A stretch of 64,000 nt of DNA from Candidatus Moraniibacteriota bacterium. GTDB lineage: Bacteria > Patescibacteriota > Minisyncoccia > Moranbacterales > GWC2-37-73. The position numbers and the translations under genes were made by a program. The stretch is taken from assembly GCA_028715015.1 (NCBI GenBank), contig JAQTLF010000001.1, forward strand, positions 29,243-93,242, in the 5' to 3' direction. The notes beneath the pieces were generated by a model. That model was not told where the DNA came from and ran no database searches. It saw only the letters and a program-made list of their open reading frames with translations. This document shows positions 17,680 to 27,588 of this stretch, in pieces. The stretch's first letter is position 1, and every line of letters begins with the position of its first letter.

Positions 17680-18729
17680 TTATAGCTGCTTTCTTAAAAA
17701 TTCGGCTGCCACTTCGGGTTGAAGAGTTGAGATTTCAATTCCAGTGTCCAATTCAAATCCTGCCCAATTCGCCGTATGCGGCAAAATTTCAATGTGCCAA
17801 TGAAAATTTTTATAATCCTGACCATCGCAAGGCGCCGTGTGGATGTAAAAATTGTAAGGCGGATCATTCAAGGCTTTATAAACCGATCCAAGCGCTTTAC
17901 TGAAAACTTCTGCCAGTGAAACTTTCTGCTCATCCGTGATGCGTTCAAAATATGGACTGTGGAATTTTGGCATCACATGCACTTCAAAGGCCGCTCTCGA
18001 AGCAAATGGGCAAAAGGCAATGAAATCATCATTTTCAAAAACGATTCTTTTCTTTTCCAAACTTTCATGTTCGATCACTGTGCAAAAAACACAATGCTTG
18101 TTGCTTTTGTGATATTTTTTTGCTCCATCCAATTCAAGTTGGATGTAGGGTGCAACCACAGGAATTGCCATCAATTGTGAATGTGGATGAGAAATCGATG
18201 CACCAGCTTCCTTGCCATGATTGTGAAAAATGGCGATATAATTCACATTTTTCTTGTTCATCAGATCAAGATATCTGTCCTGGTAAGCATCAAAAACTTC
18301 AGCAATTTCCATAACATCCATAATCGCCAATTGCCTGTAATGATCGCGCGTCACCACGATTTCATGATATCCCAAGCCGGCCATCGCCACATATGGTCCT
18401 TCGGAAACAGGATGCTCCAATTTTCCCTGGGAAAATGCCGGATATTTATTGGGAAAAACACGCAGCGTCCAATCTCCGTCAGCTTTGTGATAGATCAAAA
18501 CATCTTTTTCTTGTCCTGAAGCGACAGGATCTTCAAAAAGACATTCGTGGATTCCTTTGTCATCTTTGATTCTTTCAAAATTCGCAAAATCATCCGGCCG
18601 CTTGGCACGACCAGTGGCAATCACCACCCAATCACCAGAAACAATGTCCTGCCTCAATTCAGAAGCTGGAATTATTTTTGATTCTTCCTCATCTTTATTT
18701 TTTTCCAAATTGTTAATTGAGATGTTCAC
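17680..18729 (-). CDS. galT: Galactose-1-phosphate uridylyltransferase (GalT family)
   Basis: ELRQD...WVVIATGRAKRP, PNKYPAF, AGASISHPHSQ, FHWHIEI. Confidence 0.93.
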   Translation of the reverse strand: MNISINNLEKNKDEEESKIIPASELRQDIVSGDWVVIATGRAKRPDDFANFERIKDDKGIHECLFEDPVASGQEKDVLIYHKADGDWTLRVFPNKYPAFSQGKLEHPVSEGPYVAMAGLGYHEIVVTRDHYRQLAIMDVMEIAEVFDAYQDRYLDLMNKKNVNYIAIFHNHGKEAGASISHPHSQLMAIPVVAPYIQLELDGAKKYHKSNKHCVFCTVIEHESLEKKRIVFENDDFIAFCPFASRAAFEVHVMPKFHSPYFERITDEQKVSLAEVFSKALGSVYKALNDPPYNFYIHTAPCDGQDYKNFHWHIEILPHTANWAGFELDTGIEISTLQPEVAAEFLRKQL

Positions 18730-18774
18730 AATTTTTATTTTTTTGTTTTTTTATTTTCTCCCGATTGCTGGTCA

Positions 18775-19524
18775 CTATTTTTTGATGTTGTATTTTCCAG
18801 TGATCAAGCGCAATTTTGTTTTGAACAAATCTATCAGCACTTGGATGAATCCATTAGGGCCAGTAAGGCTTACTGTTGAACCTTCTTCATTGAGCCATCG
18901 CACGGGCATCTGTTTTATTTTGAATCCCAGAGCTTTTGCCAAAATTATAAGTTCAAAATCGAATCCGAATCTGTCAACAACCATTCTGCTGGCAACCGCA
19001 TGGGCAGCCTCGCCTGTCAACATTTTGAAACCGCATTGCGTGTCTGGAAAACTCCAGAGTCCCAGCACGATTCTGATGAGCCAATTTCCGCCTTCGCCCA
19101 TGAATTCACGATACTTTGGTTGATGCACTTGCACGAAAGCTCCTTGGATTTTTCTTGAACCCACGATGACGTCATTCCCAGCTTCCAACTCCGGCAAAAA
19201 TTTTTCCACATGAGTGATCGAAGTTGATCCATCAGCATCCAAAAAGACAACATATTTTCCTTTGGTCTCAAGCAATCCTTGACGCACCACATATCCTTTG
19301 CCGTGGTTGACCTCATTATTTATCACACGCAAATTTTTGATCTGCTTGGCATAATTGCCAGCAACCTCAGCGGTATTGTCAGGCGAACCATCCACGACAA
19401 TGATGACTTCGTATTCAAATTCCTTTGTTGATAAAAATTTTTCAATTTCCAACAAATTGCTTCCGATGCGTTCTTTTTCCTTATAGGCCGGGATAACCAC
19501 CGACAAGTATGGTGTCTGCTCCAT
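18775..19524 (-). CDS. GT2 polyprenyl-phosphate glycosyltransferase (Alg5/DPM-like)
   Basis: SVVIPAYKE, VDGSPD, NHGKG, FLDADGS, DTQCGFK, FGFDFE. Confidence 0.92.
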   Translation of the reverse strand: MEQTPYLSVVIPAYKEKERIGSNLLEIEKFLSTKEFEYEVIIVVDGSPDNTAEVAGNYAKQIKNLRVINNEVNHGKGYVVRQGLLETKGKYVVFLDADGSTSITHVEKFLPELEAGNDVIVGSRKIQGAFVQVHQPKYREFMGEGGNWLIRIVLGLWSFPDTQCGFKMLTGEAAHAVASRMVVDRFGFDFELIILAKALGFKIKQMPVRWLNEEGSTVSLTGPNGFIQVLIDLFKTKLRLITGKYNIKK

Positions 19525-19603
19525 TGTTTTGATTTTATTCTATTGATTAAATTATCTTATCTAAAGTATAGCATATTATGGCAAAAAGACCACACTACGT
19601 CCA

Positions 19604-19765
19604 AAGATACAATGACCAAAAAATCTCAAATCTCAATTTCCAATGTCAAATAAAATCCAAAATCTCAAATCCTAAAAATTTTTTAGACATTTTGGCTTGA
19701 GTCATTTATTGGAAATTTGGATTTTGTCATTTGGATTTTAGTTTGATGTTTGTTTCTTGTATCTT
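19604..19765 (+). repeat. 162-bp MITE-like heptamer element (copy A)
   Basis: Terminal IR AAGATACAA/TTGTATCTT; near-identical reverse complement at 21363-21595. Confidence 0.9.
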
Positions 19766-19770
19766 GTTGT

Positions 19771-20178
19771 TTAAAGAATTTGATTGTCCAGCCAGCTTTG
19801 CAAAATGATCCGGGCCGCTTCTTGATCATCAAGATTGGCGATGTTTGTGCCGCCTCGCATCTTGATGTTTTCCTGGGCCATCTTGGTCGTGAACATCTCT
19901 TCTTGGAATTCAATCCTGATTCCAGTTTCTTTTTCAAGCATTTTGGCAAAATCCAATTTCTCCTGGACGCTTTGCTGGTCTTTGTCGTGCTTGGTCATGC
20001 CAAGAACGATCGTTTTGACATTCTCACACGCAACAATTTCTTTTAAGTTACTGCGAAAGTCTTTGTCATTTTTGAGCGTATCAAAAGCAAAGGCCATTTT
20101 GGTCTCCTCATCAGCAATGGCCAATCCAATCTTGCTTTGACCATAATCTATACCCAAAATTGTGCTTATTTGAGCCAT
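19771..20178 (-). CDS. yqgF: YqgF/RuvX pre-16S rRNA nuclease
   Basis: ILGIDYGQSKIGLAIAD, EEMFTT, DDQEAARIILQSWLD. Confidence 0.93.
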   Translation of the reverse strand: MAQISTILGIDYGQSKIGLAIADEETKMAFAFDTLKNDKDFRSNLKEIVACENVKTIVLGMTKHDKDQQSVQEKLDFAKMLEKETGIRIEFQEEMFTTKMAQENIKMRGGTNIANLDDQEAARIILQSWLDNQIL

Positions 20179-20283
20179 ATTTTTCATTTTCATGCTTATT
20201 TTGCTTGACATTTTCATTATATCATGCTAATATTATTAAAACAAAAAGCAGTAAAAATCCAATAACAAGCGGAGGTAGCACCA

Positions 20284-20520
20284 ATGGAACCAATGGTTAT
20301 CCTAGGTCTCGTCATCGTTGTGTATGGTTTTTACATTTCTCATAAGGATGACGACTTGTTCTGCATCCGAATGCTTAAAAAAGTAATGCGATTCAATTCA
20401 CCCAAGGTGGAAAAGATTCTAGCAAAAGAATCCAAACCGCCTATTGGTAGAGTTGTGAAAAGCAGCGAGAGTATTTCCTACGTGCAGGTCGGACATCAAC
20501 AAGTACGACTATACCACTAA
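20284..20520 (+). CDS. Small orphan single-TM protein
   Basis: SD GGAGGT, TTGACA at 20205, N-terminal TM helix, hairpin at about 20546-20577. Confidence 0.6.
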   Translation: MEPMVILGLVIVVYGFYISHKDDDLFCIRMLKKVMRFNSPKVEKILAKESKPPIGRVVKSSESISYVQVGHQQVRLYH

Positions 20521-20582
20521 GAAGCTATGCGCTGCGTCATCAATTGTGCACATTTCGTCAAAGACGATTTTGTGCACTTTTT

Positions 20583-21347
20583 TTATTGTGTCAAAACTTC
20601 AACTCCATTTTTTGTTATCAAAATAGTATTTTCATAATGGGCGGAAAGTTTTCGGTCGGCTGTTAAAAACACCCAACCATCTGGTCCGATAGAATTGAGA
20701 TGTGTGCCGACATTCACCATGGGCTCCAATGCCAAAGTCATTCCTTCCTGCAAAACCAGATCCCTGAAACCTTTTTCAAAATAGTTGGGAACTTGCGGAT
20801 CTTCGTGAAGATTCCTGCCGATGCCATGACCGACCAAATTTTTCACCACTGAAAAACCAGCTGATTCGATTGTTTGCTGGGCAGCCTTGGAATAGTCGCT
20901 GAGTTTTGCTCCGGCTTTCAGATTCTTGATGCCTTTCCAAAATGATTTTTCTGTGATTTCAATCAGTTTTTGAGCTTCATTGCTGATTTTTCCCACAGCG
21001 AATGTGCGTGCCATGTCAGAATAGAATCCTTCGATTTCGATGCCCAAATCAACTTTGAAAATATCCCCTTCTTCCAAAATCCTGTCGTCACTGGGAATGC
21101 CATGCACGATTTCATCATTGATTGACGCGCAGATTGTGGCTGGAAACGGATTGCTGCGGTCTCCATATCCCTTGAAAGCTGGCGTGCCTCCAGAGCGCAA
21201 AATCAGCTCTTCAGCGAGCTTGTCGATCTGCATCGTGCTCACACCCGGACACACTTCGGCTTCAATTTCACGCATAACTTCAGCCAAAGCTTTGCCAGCC
21301 CGACGCATGATATTCAACTCAAATTCACTTTTTATATGTATAGACAT
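20583..21347 (-). CDS. map: Methionine aminopeptidase type I
   Basis: CASINDEIVHGIP, VGHGIG..LHEDP, EPMV, SAHYENTI. Confidence 0.98.
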   Translation of the reverse strand: MSIHIKSEFELNIMRRAGKALAEVMREIEAEVCPGVSTMQIDKLAEELILRSGGTPAFKGYGDRSNPFPATICASINDEIVHGIPSDDRILEEGDIFKVDLGIEIEGFYSDMARTFAVGKISNEAQKLIEITEKSFWKGIKNLKAGAKLSDYSKAAQQTIESAGFSVVKNLVGHGIGRNLHEDPQVPNYFEKGFRDLVLQEGMTLALEPMVNVGTHLNSIGPDGWVFLTADRKLSAHYENTILITKNGVEVLTQ

Positions 21348-21362
21348 ATTTTATCAATAATA

Positions 21363-21595
21363 AAGATACAAGAAGCAAATATCAAACTAAAATCCAAATG
21401 ACAAAATCCAAATTTCCAATAAATGACTCAAGCCAAAATGTCTAAAAAATTTTTAGGATTTGAGATTTTGGATTTTATTATCAAACGTAGCGAGTGTAAT
21501 AAAAAATTTTTTATTACCGAGCAAGTGCAGATAATATGGTAACCCATATTTGACATTGGAAATTGGGATTTGAGATTTTTTGGTTATTGTTTTTT
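21363..21595 (-). repeat. Copy B of the 162-bp element carrying a 71-bp nested insertion (21480-21550)
   Basis: Reverse complement of 19604-19765 interrupted at TATT, which is duplicated on both sides of the insert. Confidence 0.9.
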
Positions 21596-21604
21596 GTTTC
21601 CTGA

Positions 21605-22246
21605 TTATTCTAATTCACTAACTATATCTCCAAAAACTTCTTCCACTCCCCTGTTTCCATCAACTTCAATCAGCATTCCTTTGTGGCGATAATGTTCAAT
21701 GACTGGAATGGTGATTTCATAGAAAGTGTCCAATCTTTTTTTGATTCCGTCTGGCGTGTCATCATTTCTTTGCATGATCGGTCCTCCGCATGTCGGACAA
21801 GGCTCTTCAGTGTTGTGGATATGTTTGCCAAGAACGAAATGGCGATAACAAACAGTGCATGCATAACGTTTGGTGATGCGCCTGACTGATTCGTCATAAG
21901 GCAAAGTGATGTATATGGCCTTATCTATTGGACGATTCATTTCTTGGAGCATCTTCTCCACTGGAACAATCTGACCAGATGTGCGTGGTGCGCTGTCCAG
22001 CAAGACGCCCCTTTCCGGGGAAACTTTTTCCAAACGATCTTCAAGAACTTCCAAAGTGATGTCATCCGGAATCATTTCTTTTTGATCCAAAATTTCCTTA
22101 ACATTTCTTCCGAGATCAGATTCTTCCCTGGAAATTTCCCTGAAAATAAGACCGGTTTCAATATGCGCCAAGTTGTATTTTTCACAGAGCAAATCAGCTT
22201 GTGTTCCCTTCCCGCTTCCCTGCGGACCAAAGATAATAATATTCAT
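21605..22246 (-). CDS. adk: Adenylate kinase (zinc-lid type)
   Basis: GPQGSGKGTQ, CTVC...CPTC lid, QRNDD; located after secY. Confidence 0.95.
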   Translation of the reverse strand: MNIIIFGPQGSGKGTQADLLCEKYNLAHIETGLIFREISREESDLGRNVKEILDQKEMIPDDITLEVLEDRLEKVSPERGVLLDSAPRTSGQIVPVEKMLQEMNRPIDKAIYITLPYDESVRRITKRYACTVCYRHFVLGKHIHNTEEPCPTCGGPIMQRNDDTPDGIKKRLDTFYEITIPVIEHYRHKGMLIEVDGNRGVEEVFGDIVSELE

Positions 22247-22248
22247 GT

Positions 22249-22345
22249 TTTAGCTTTTTAGGCTTTAGCTTCTTAGCTTCTTAGCTTCTTGAAAAACTCA
22301 TTCAAATTCCTGAAAAGCTAATTGCCTAAAAAGCTATGAAGCTGT
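22249..22345. repeat. Two-armed octamer element (TTAGCTTC)n ... (NAAGCTA)n
   Basis: AGCT-core units; relatives at 23627-23726 and 31823-31897. Confidence 0.9.
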
Positions 22346-22348
22346 TAA

Positions 22349-23620
22349 TTAGAATCCTTCGTAATCTCTCATGACAAGTTGTCCTTCGATTTGTTTGATT
22401 GTTTCAATCACAACTGAAACAACAATAAGAATACTGGTGCCGCCAATCTTGAGAGACTGGATGTTTGTCATCCCTTGAATGACAAATGGCAGCACAGCAA
22501 TGGTTCCCAAGAAAATTGATCCGGTAAGTGTGATCCTATTCATGATCTTGTACAAAAAGTCGGCAGTTGTTTTTCCGGGTCTTATCCCTGGAATGTAGCC
22601 TCCTTGTTTTTGAAGATTTTCCGCAATTTTGACAGGATCAAAAACGACTGCGGTATAGAAATATGTGAACATGACAATCAAAATAAAATACAGACTGCTG
22701 TAAAAAACTTGGTTTTGGAAAAGGGTGTTCACGAATGCGGCCGCATGCGCAACCGCAGGATTTGAGGCTTTCATGAGGAAAGTAGCAATCATTCCAGGAA
22801 AAAGCATGATTGACATAGCGAAAATAATTGGAATAACTCCAGCTTGGTTGACTCGCAACGGCAAATGCGTTGTTGAACCGCCATAAGTCTTGTCGCCCCT
22901 CACTCTCTTGGCATATGAAACCGGAATGTTTCTTTGTCCTTCAGTCACCAACACAACACCGGCAATAGTGATCAGTGTGACAGCCAAAAGCGCAATGTAT
23001 GTAAAAATCTGGGTTGAATCCAAAGTCAAAAGAAGTTTGGAAATTCCGGAAGGAAGTCCGCTGACAATACCGGCAAAAATGATCAGGGACACGCCATTGC
23101 CTATGCCTTTTTCTGTGATAAGCTCGCCCAACCACATCAAAAATATAGTTCCAGCTGTGGCTATGATCACAATAACTGCAATATCAAAAGGTGCCGAGAC
23201 TGACAAAACCCCTTGTGAACGCAACAAGGTGATCAAACTGAAAGTCTGCAGAACTGCCAATGGCACAGTGAGCCATCTTGTCCACATGTTGAATTTTTGT
23301 CTTCCAGCTTCACCTTCCTCTTTATAGAGCTGCTCCACTCGCGGCACGATCATGGTCAAAAGCTGCATGATGATTGATGCGGTGATATATGGTCCGACGC
23401 CCAACATGACAATCGAAATGTTCGTCAATCCTCCGCCAGAAAAAACATTCAACATGCCCAAAAATTGATTGCCCTCAAAAAGACGTCTCAATTGTTCGAT
23501 ATTCACACCTGGAACCGGCACATTGGCAGCAATCCTGAAAACAACAAGAATCCCCAAAATGAAGAGGATCTTGTTGCGCAGTTCTGGTATTTTGAAGATT
23601 TGTGTTATTTTTTCAAGCAT
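22349..23620 (-). CDS. secY: Preprotein translocase SecY
   Basis: LGVGPYITASII.QLL, GIGNGVSLIIFAGI, NQAGVIPIIFA, IPGIRPG. Confidence 0.99.
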   Translation of the reverse strand: MLEKITQIFKIPELRNKILFILGILVVFRIAANVPVPGVNIEQLRRLFEGNQFLGMLNVFSGGGLTNISIVMLGVGPYITASIIMQLLTMIVPRVEQLYKEEGEAGRQKFNMWTRWLTVPLAVLQTFSLITLLRSQGVLSVSAPFDIAVIVIIATAGTIFLMWLGELITEKGIGNGVSLIIFAGIVSGLPSGISKLLLTLDSTQIFTYIALLAVTLITIAGVVLVTEGQRNIPVSYAKRVRGDKTYGGSTTHLPLRVNQAGVIPIIFAMSIMLFPGMIATFLMKASNPAVAHAAAFVNTLFQNQVFYSSLYFILIVMFTYFYTAVVFDPVKIAENLQKQGGYIPGIRPGKTTADFLYKIMNRITLTGSIFLGTIAVLPFVIQGMTNIQSLKIGGTSILIVVSVVIETIKQIEGQLVMRDYEGF

Positions 23621-23626
23621 TTCAAA

Positions 23627-23726
23627 TAGCTTCTCAGCTTCTTAGCCTTTCAGCTTCTTAGCTTTAAAGATAGCATTAGTTTTTTTAATTTCCTAAGAAG
23701 CTAACAAGCTAATGCCTCAGAAGCTA
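23627..23726. repeat. Two-armed octamer element (AGCT core)
   Basis: TAGCTTC TCAGCTTC TTAGCCTT TCAGCTTC ... AAGAAGCT AACAAGCT AATGCCT CAGAAGCT. Confidence 0.9.
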
Positions 23727-24161
23727 CTCTAGGATTTTTCCACCTGCTTTGATTATAGCATCTTTGGCAGTTTGTGAAAGAAGTATTTCTGCTGAAATAG
23801 TAAGTTTTTTGGCAATTGTTCCGCTGGCAAGAATCTTTAGACCGTTTTTAACGTCAGCCTTGTCCACAATTTTTGCTCCAAGCAAAGTTTCAACCGAAAT
23901 GATGTCATTGTCTTTGAAAGCTTTTTCCAAAGTTTCCAATTTTATCACAGTTTTCTTGGCATTAAGAGATTTGAAACCTCGCACTTTTTTCAAGCGTTCA
24001 ACAAGTGAAGATCGTCCACCTTCAAACAACGGATCGATTGATGCTCCAGAGCGAGCTTTCTGACCTTTGTTTCCACGACCAGAATAAGTTCCGCGCTTTC
24101 CGCCACGACCAACTGTTTTTTTGTCCTTGCGTTTTTTTACTTTAAGTTGATGAATTTGCAT
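23724..24161 (-). CDS. rplO: 50S ribosomal protein L15
   Basis: VGRGGKRGTYSGRGNKGQKARSG, FEGGRS. Confidence 0.98.
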   Translation of the reverse strand: MQIHQLKVKKRKDKKTVGRGGKRGTYSGRGNKGQKARSGASIDPLFEGGRSSLVERLKKVRGFKSLNAKKTVIKLETLEKAFKDNDIISVETLLGAKIVDKADVKNGLKILASGTIAKKLTISAEILLSQTAKDAIIKAGGKILE

Positions 24162-24241
24162 AAATTTAACTTATAACTTATAACTAACCACTTATAACGA
24201 ATTTTTACGTATTTCTGTTGTTTGTTATTTGTTATTGGTAA

Positions 24242-24760
24242 TTAGTTAGTCGCTGCTACTTCCTTGGCTGGCTCAACAACTTCCTTGATACGAGGTGCTT
24301 TCAAAGCTTTCAAAGCTTCAATTGTCACACGTGCCACATTAAGTTTGTTTGATGTCCCCAAAGATTTTGAAACGATGTCTCGAATACCAGCCAAGTCAAC
24401 AACTGCGCGTACAGCTCCTCCAGCAATAACTCCGCGTCCTTTTGAAGCAGGTTTCAATAAAACCTTAGCGCTTCCAAGTTTCATACTGATGTCGTGGGCG
24501 ATAGTGTTGTCAGACAATTTCACAGTGATCATCGATTTTTTGGCATCATTGTAAGCTTTGCCAATAGCATCAGAAACATCAGACCCTTTGGAAACTCCGA
24601 CTCCAACTCTTCCTTTGCGGTCACCAATAACCAATGTTGCGCGGAAACGAAATCTTCGTCCTCCTTTTACCACGCGGGTAACGCGAGCCAAGTCCAAAAG
24701 TTTTTGTTCAAACTCTGGTTTTTCTCTTCGTTGCTGTTTTTTTCCTGGTCTCTTATTCAT
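24242..24760 (-). CDS. rpsE: 30S ribosomal protein S5
   Basis: RVTRVVKGGRRFRF, GVIAGGAVRAV. Confidence 0.98.
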   Translation of the reverse strand: MNKRPGKKQQRREKPEFEQKLLDLARVTRVVKGGRRFRFRATLVIGDRKGRVGVGVSKGSDVSDAIGKAYNDAKKSMITVKLSDNTIAHDISMKLGSAKVLLKPASKGRGVIAGGAVRAVVDLAGIRDIVSKSLGTSNKLNVARVTIEALKALKAPRIKEVVEPAKEVAATN

Positions 24761-24773
24761 AATTATCATTAAT

Positions 24774-24850
24774 CATGGAACATGGAGCATGGAACAAAAA
24801 TTCCAATCTGCCACACAATGTTCTATGTTTTATGCTCTATGTTATGTGTT
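24774..24850. repeat. Two-armed heptamer element (CATGGAR)n ... (ATGYTYT)n
   Basis: Same family as 9208-9335 and 25218-25285. Confidence 0.9.
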
Positions 24851-24852
24851 AT

Positions 24853-25203
24853 TTAAAACTGCAATCCACCTTCTCTGGCACCCTCAGCCAAAGCCTTAAC
24901 TTTTCCATGATATCTATATCCGGCTCTATCATAGGTAGCTGTGGTTATTTTAGCTGCAATGCATTTCTCAGCAAGCAACTTTCCCACTTCCTTGGAGCCT
25001 TCAACTGTGTTTTTGGCATTTTTAATCTCAGTAAGATTGGCGCTTGCAAGAGTTTTTCCTGCCACGTCATCAATTGCCTGGACATAAATTCCACGCAAAC
25101 TCTTGAAAACAGCCAAACGTGGTTTTTCTTGAGTTCCAGAAATTTTTGCTCGAACTCTGCGCTTTCGCTGCAGTCGTCCACTATTGCTACTTATTTTTTT
25201 CAT
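24853..25203 (-). CDS. rplR: 50S ribosomal protein L18
   Basis: PRLAVFKS, YDRAGYRYHGKVKALAEGAREGGL. Confidence 0.98.
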   Translation of the reverse strand: MKKISSNSGRLQRKRRVRAKISGTQEKPRLAVFKSLRGIYVQAIDDVAGKTLASANLTEIKNAKNTVEGSKEVGKLLAEKCIAAKITTATYDRAGYRYHGKVKALAEGAREGGLQF

Positions 25204-25217
25204 AATTTATAATGAAT

Positions 25218-25285
25218 CATGGAACATGGAGCATGGAACATATTTTTTATTATCTTGCTCTATGCTTTATGCTCTATGTTATGTG
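25218..25285. repeat. Two-armed heptamer element (CATGGAR)n ... (ATGCTYT)n
   Basis: CATGGAA CATGGAG CATGGAA ... TTGCTCT ATGCTTT ATGCTCT ATGTTAT. Confidence 0.9.
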
Positions 25286-25287
25286 AT

Positions 25288-25824
25288 TTACTTGGATGAT
25301 TTCTTTCCTTCTTTTCTACGTACATGTTCTCCGACATATTTAAATCCTTTTCCCTTATACGGTTCGACTGGCTTAAGAGCTCTAATATTGGCAGAAAACT
25401 GTCCGACTGCATGCTTGTCTATTCCACTTACTGTCATGGTGTTACCTTCAATGACAACATCCAATCCAGCAGGCACTTCAACAATAACGGGATGTGAAAA
25501 TCCGAGTGCAAGAGTAATGGTCTTTCCTGCGATAGCCATACGAAAACCAACTCCATTGAGTTCGAGTTGTTTTTTGAAACCACTCACCACTCCTTCAATC
25601 ATATTTTCAATTCTACGAGCAGTTGTTCCCCAAATAGCTGGGACATGTTTTCCCTTGCTTTCCTTTTCAACTGTGAATTCATTTTCCCCAAATTTAATCG
25701 AAACATCAACATGATGTTCAAATGTCATTTCACCCTTTGGTCCTTTTACGGTAACAATGTTTTTGTCAGTTGTTACAGTTACACCCGCTGGGATAGCTAC
25801 TGGTTTTTTTCCAATTCTACTCAT
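25288..25824 (-). CDS. rplF: 50S ribosomal protein L6
   Basis: MSRIGKKPV, LGFSHPV, PVEPYKGKG. Confidence 0.98.
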   Translation of the reverse strand: MSRIGKKPVAIPAGVTVTTDKNIVTVKGPKGEMTFEHHVDVSIKFGENEFTVEKESKGKHVPAIWGTTARRIENMIEGVVSGFKKQLELNGVGFRMAIAGKTITLALGFSHPVIVEVPAGLDVVIEGNTMTVSGIDKHAVGQFSANIRALKPVEPYKGKGFKYVGEHVRRKEGKKSSK

Positions 25825-25919
25825 ACTATTTTATCGTTCTAATTGTTATAATTGTTCTATGCGTTCTAGTTGTTTTTTCAATTACAACAGTTACAACATT
25901 TAGAACACTAGCACATCTA

Positions 25920-26324
25920 TTACCAAACTTCGCAAATTATTTCTCCACCAAGTCCCATTTTTCTTGCCTTATCACCAGTCATCATACCCTTAGATGTTGA
26001 CACGATCGAAATTCCATATCCATTCTTCACGCGTTTGATGTCAGTCTTTTTAACATAGATTCTCTGACCTTGGCGACTTACGCGTTTGATTTCTCGAATT
26101 GCAGGATTTTTTTCAGTATTTGAAACAACATCATACTTCAAAACAATCTTAAGTATCGGGAATGATTCACCCATTTCTTTCTTAACTGATTCGATAAAAT
26201 TTCTTTGCTCTAAAATTTTAGCGATAGACAGCTTTAGCTTCGAAAAAGGCACTGACACCTCGCGGTGTTTTACCATTTGCGCATTTCGAATTCTTGTAAG
26301 CATGTCTGCTATTGGATCTAACAT
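25920..26324 (-). CDS. rpsH: 30S ribosomal protein S8
   Basis: DPIADMLTRIRNA, IVSTSKGMMT, GGEIICEVW. Confidence 0.99.
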   Translation of the reverse strand: MLDPIADMLTRIRNAQMVKHREVSVPFSKLKLSIAKILEQRNFIESVKKEMGESFPILKIVLKYDVVSNTEKNPAIREIKRVSRQGQRIYVKKTDIKRVKNGYGISIVSTSKGMMTGDKARKMGLGGEIICEVW

Positions 26325-26405
26325 ATACGAATTTCTTATACTAATTATTTTCTAATTACAATACAACTTTTTATAAAAATAAATTCTGTCGGAATCAATT
26401 TTGAT

Positions 26406-26591
26406 TTACCAACTGCTCTTGGTTACTCCCGGCAATTCTCCCTTACTTGCCAACTCCCGGAAACAAATCCTGCAGATATCGTAGGCGCGAAGGTATCCAT
26501 GCTTTCGACCACATCGCCAACAGCGGCGCACAATGCGGGTTGAAAACTTGGGTTTCTTCTCTGCTCTAGCTTCTGTAGATGTTTTTGCCAT
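26406..26591 (-). CDS. rpsN: 30S ribosomal protein S14, zinc-binding type Z
   Basis: RCWRCGR...ICRICFRE...LPGVTKSSW. Confidence 0.98.
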   Translation of the reverse strand: MAKTSTEARAEKKPKFSTRIVRRCWRCGRKHGYLRAYDICRICFRELASKGELPGVTKSSW

Positions 26592-26601
26592 AATTTATCG
26601 T

Positions 26602-26667
26602 GAAACGTGGGGCGCGTAGCGTGGAGCGTTTGCATTCCTACGTTATGCGTTTTACGTTATGCGTTTT
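26602..26667. repeat. Two-armed heptamer element (GNAGCGT)n ... (RCGTTWT)n
   Basis: GAAACGT GGGGCGC GTAGCGT GGAGCGT ... ACGTTAT GCGTTTT ACGTTAT GCGTTTT. Confidence 0.85.
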
Positions 26668-26677
26668 ACCCTTTTAC

Positions 26678-27226
26678 TTATTCGCTTTTTAGCGGAAATC
26701 CTAATAATTTAAATAATTCCAGTCCTTCTTTTTGAGAATGCGCATTGGTTGAAACCGTGATCTGCATTCCAAAGGCATGTCGCACTTTTTCAGGAGATAT
26801 TTCAGGAAAAATCAGATGCTCTTTGATACCGATGTTCAAATTTCCTCCCATATCAACAGCTTTACGGTTAATTCCTTGGAAATCCCTTGTTCGTGGAAGT
26901 GTTGCACCAACAACCCTGTCAATGAACTGCCACATGCGAACTCCTCGCAAAGTAACTTTCACACCGATTTCCATTCCTTCGCGAATCTTGAATCCAGAAA
27001 TAGCTTTTTTGGCTTTGGTTTTTACTGGTTTTTGTCCAGTAATTGCAGTCAAGGCGCTCACGATTTCTTCAATCTTGTCATTTTCTTTGACAATTTTTCC
27101 AATTCCGACATTAACCACAACCTTCTGGATGCGAGGCACTGCCATGACGCTTTTGTAGCTGAATTTTTTCATCATCTCAGCTGCCGCCACCTTGGTATAT
27201 TTCTCTTTTGCTGGAGTTATATTCAT
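26678..27226 (-). CDS. rplE: 50S ribosomal protein L5
   Basis: VPRIQKVVVNVG, ITGQKP, LPRTRDFQG, EHLIFPEI. Confidence 0.98.
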   Translation of the reverse strand: MNITPAKEKYTKVAAAEMMKKFSYKSVMAVPRIQKVVVNVGIGKIVKENDKIEEIVSALTAITGQKPVKTKAKKAISGFKIREGMEIGVKVTLRGVRMWQFIDRVVGATLPRTRDFQGINRKAVDMGGNLNIGIKEHLIFPEISPEKVRHAFGMQITVSTNAHSQKEGLELFKLLGFPLKSE

Positions 27227-27276
27227 ACGATTCGCTCTTAAAACAAATAAAATAATATTAATCTATATTTCTAAAT

Positions 27277-27582
27277 TTATAATTCTTTACCACATTTCTT
27301 ACAAAGTCTGACTTTTTTGTCACCAACCTTGGAATATGATACGCGAGTTGCTTTGGCACACGCCGGGCAAATGATCATAGCATTTGAAGCATCAAACGGG
27401 GCAGCGATTTCCACGCGTTGTCCGCGTTGTCCTTCTCTGCGAGCCTTTTGGTGTTTCTTCACAATATTCATTTTTTCCACCACTATCTTTCCCTCGCTAG
27501 GCACAGTTCTAAGAACCTTTCCTTGCTTACCTTTATCTTTGCCTGCTATTTTTTTTACGAGGTCTCCTTTTTTAATTCTCAT
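27277..27582 (-). CDS. rplX: 50S ribosomal protein L24
   Basis: IKKGD.V..IAGKDKGKQGKV (KOW), SNAMIICPAC. Confidence 0.97.
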   Translation of the reverse strand: MRIKKGDLVKKIAGKDKGKQGKVLRTVPSEGKIVVEKMNIVKKHQKARREGQRGQRVEIAAPFDASNAMIICPACAKATRVSYSKVGDKKVRLCKKCGKEL

Positions 27583-27588
27583 ATATTT

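Noticed and set aside
19683-19949. 88-aa minus-strand ORF overlapping yqgF
   Set aside because: Alternative frame of yqgF running into the 162-bp repeat; no start signal.
24162-24241. Missing rpmD (L30) between rpsE and rplO as a novelty
   Set aside because: Loss of L30 is an established CPR trait; used only as a taxonomic clue. The spacer holds a repeat element and no L30 remnant.
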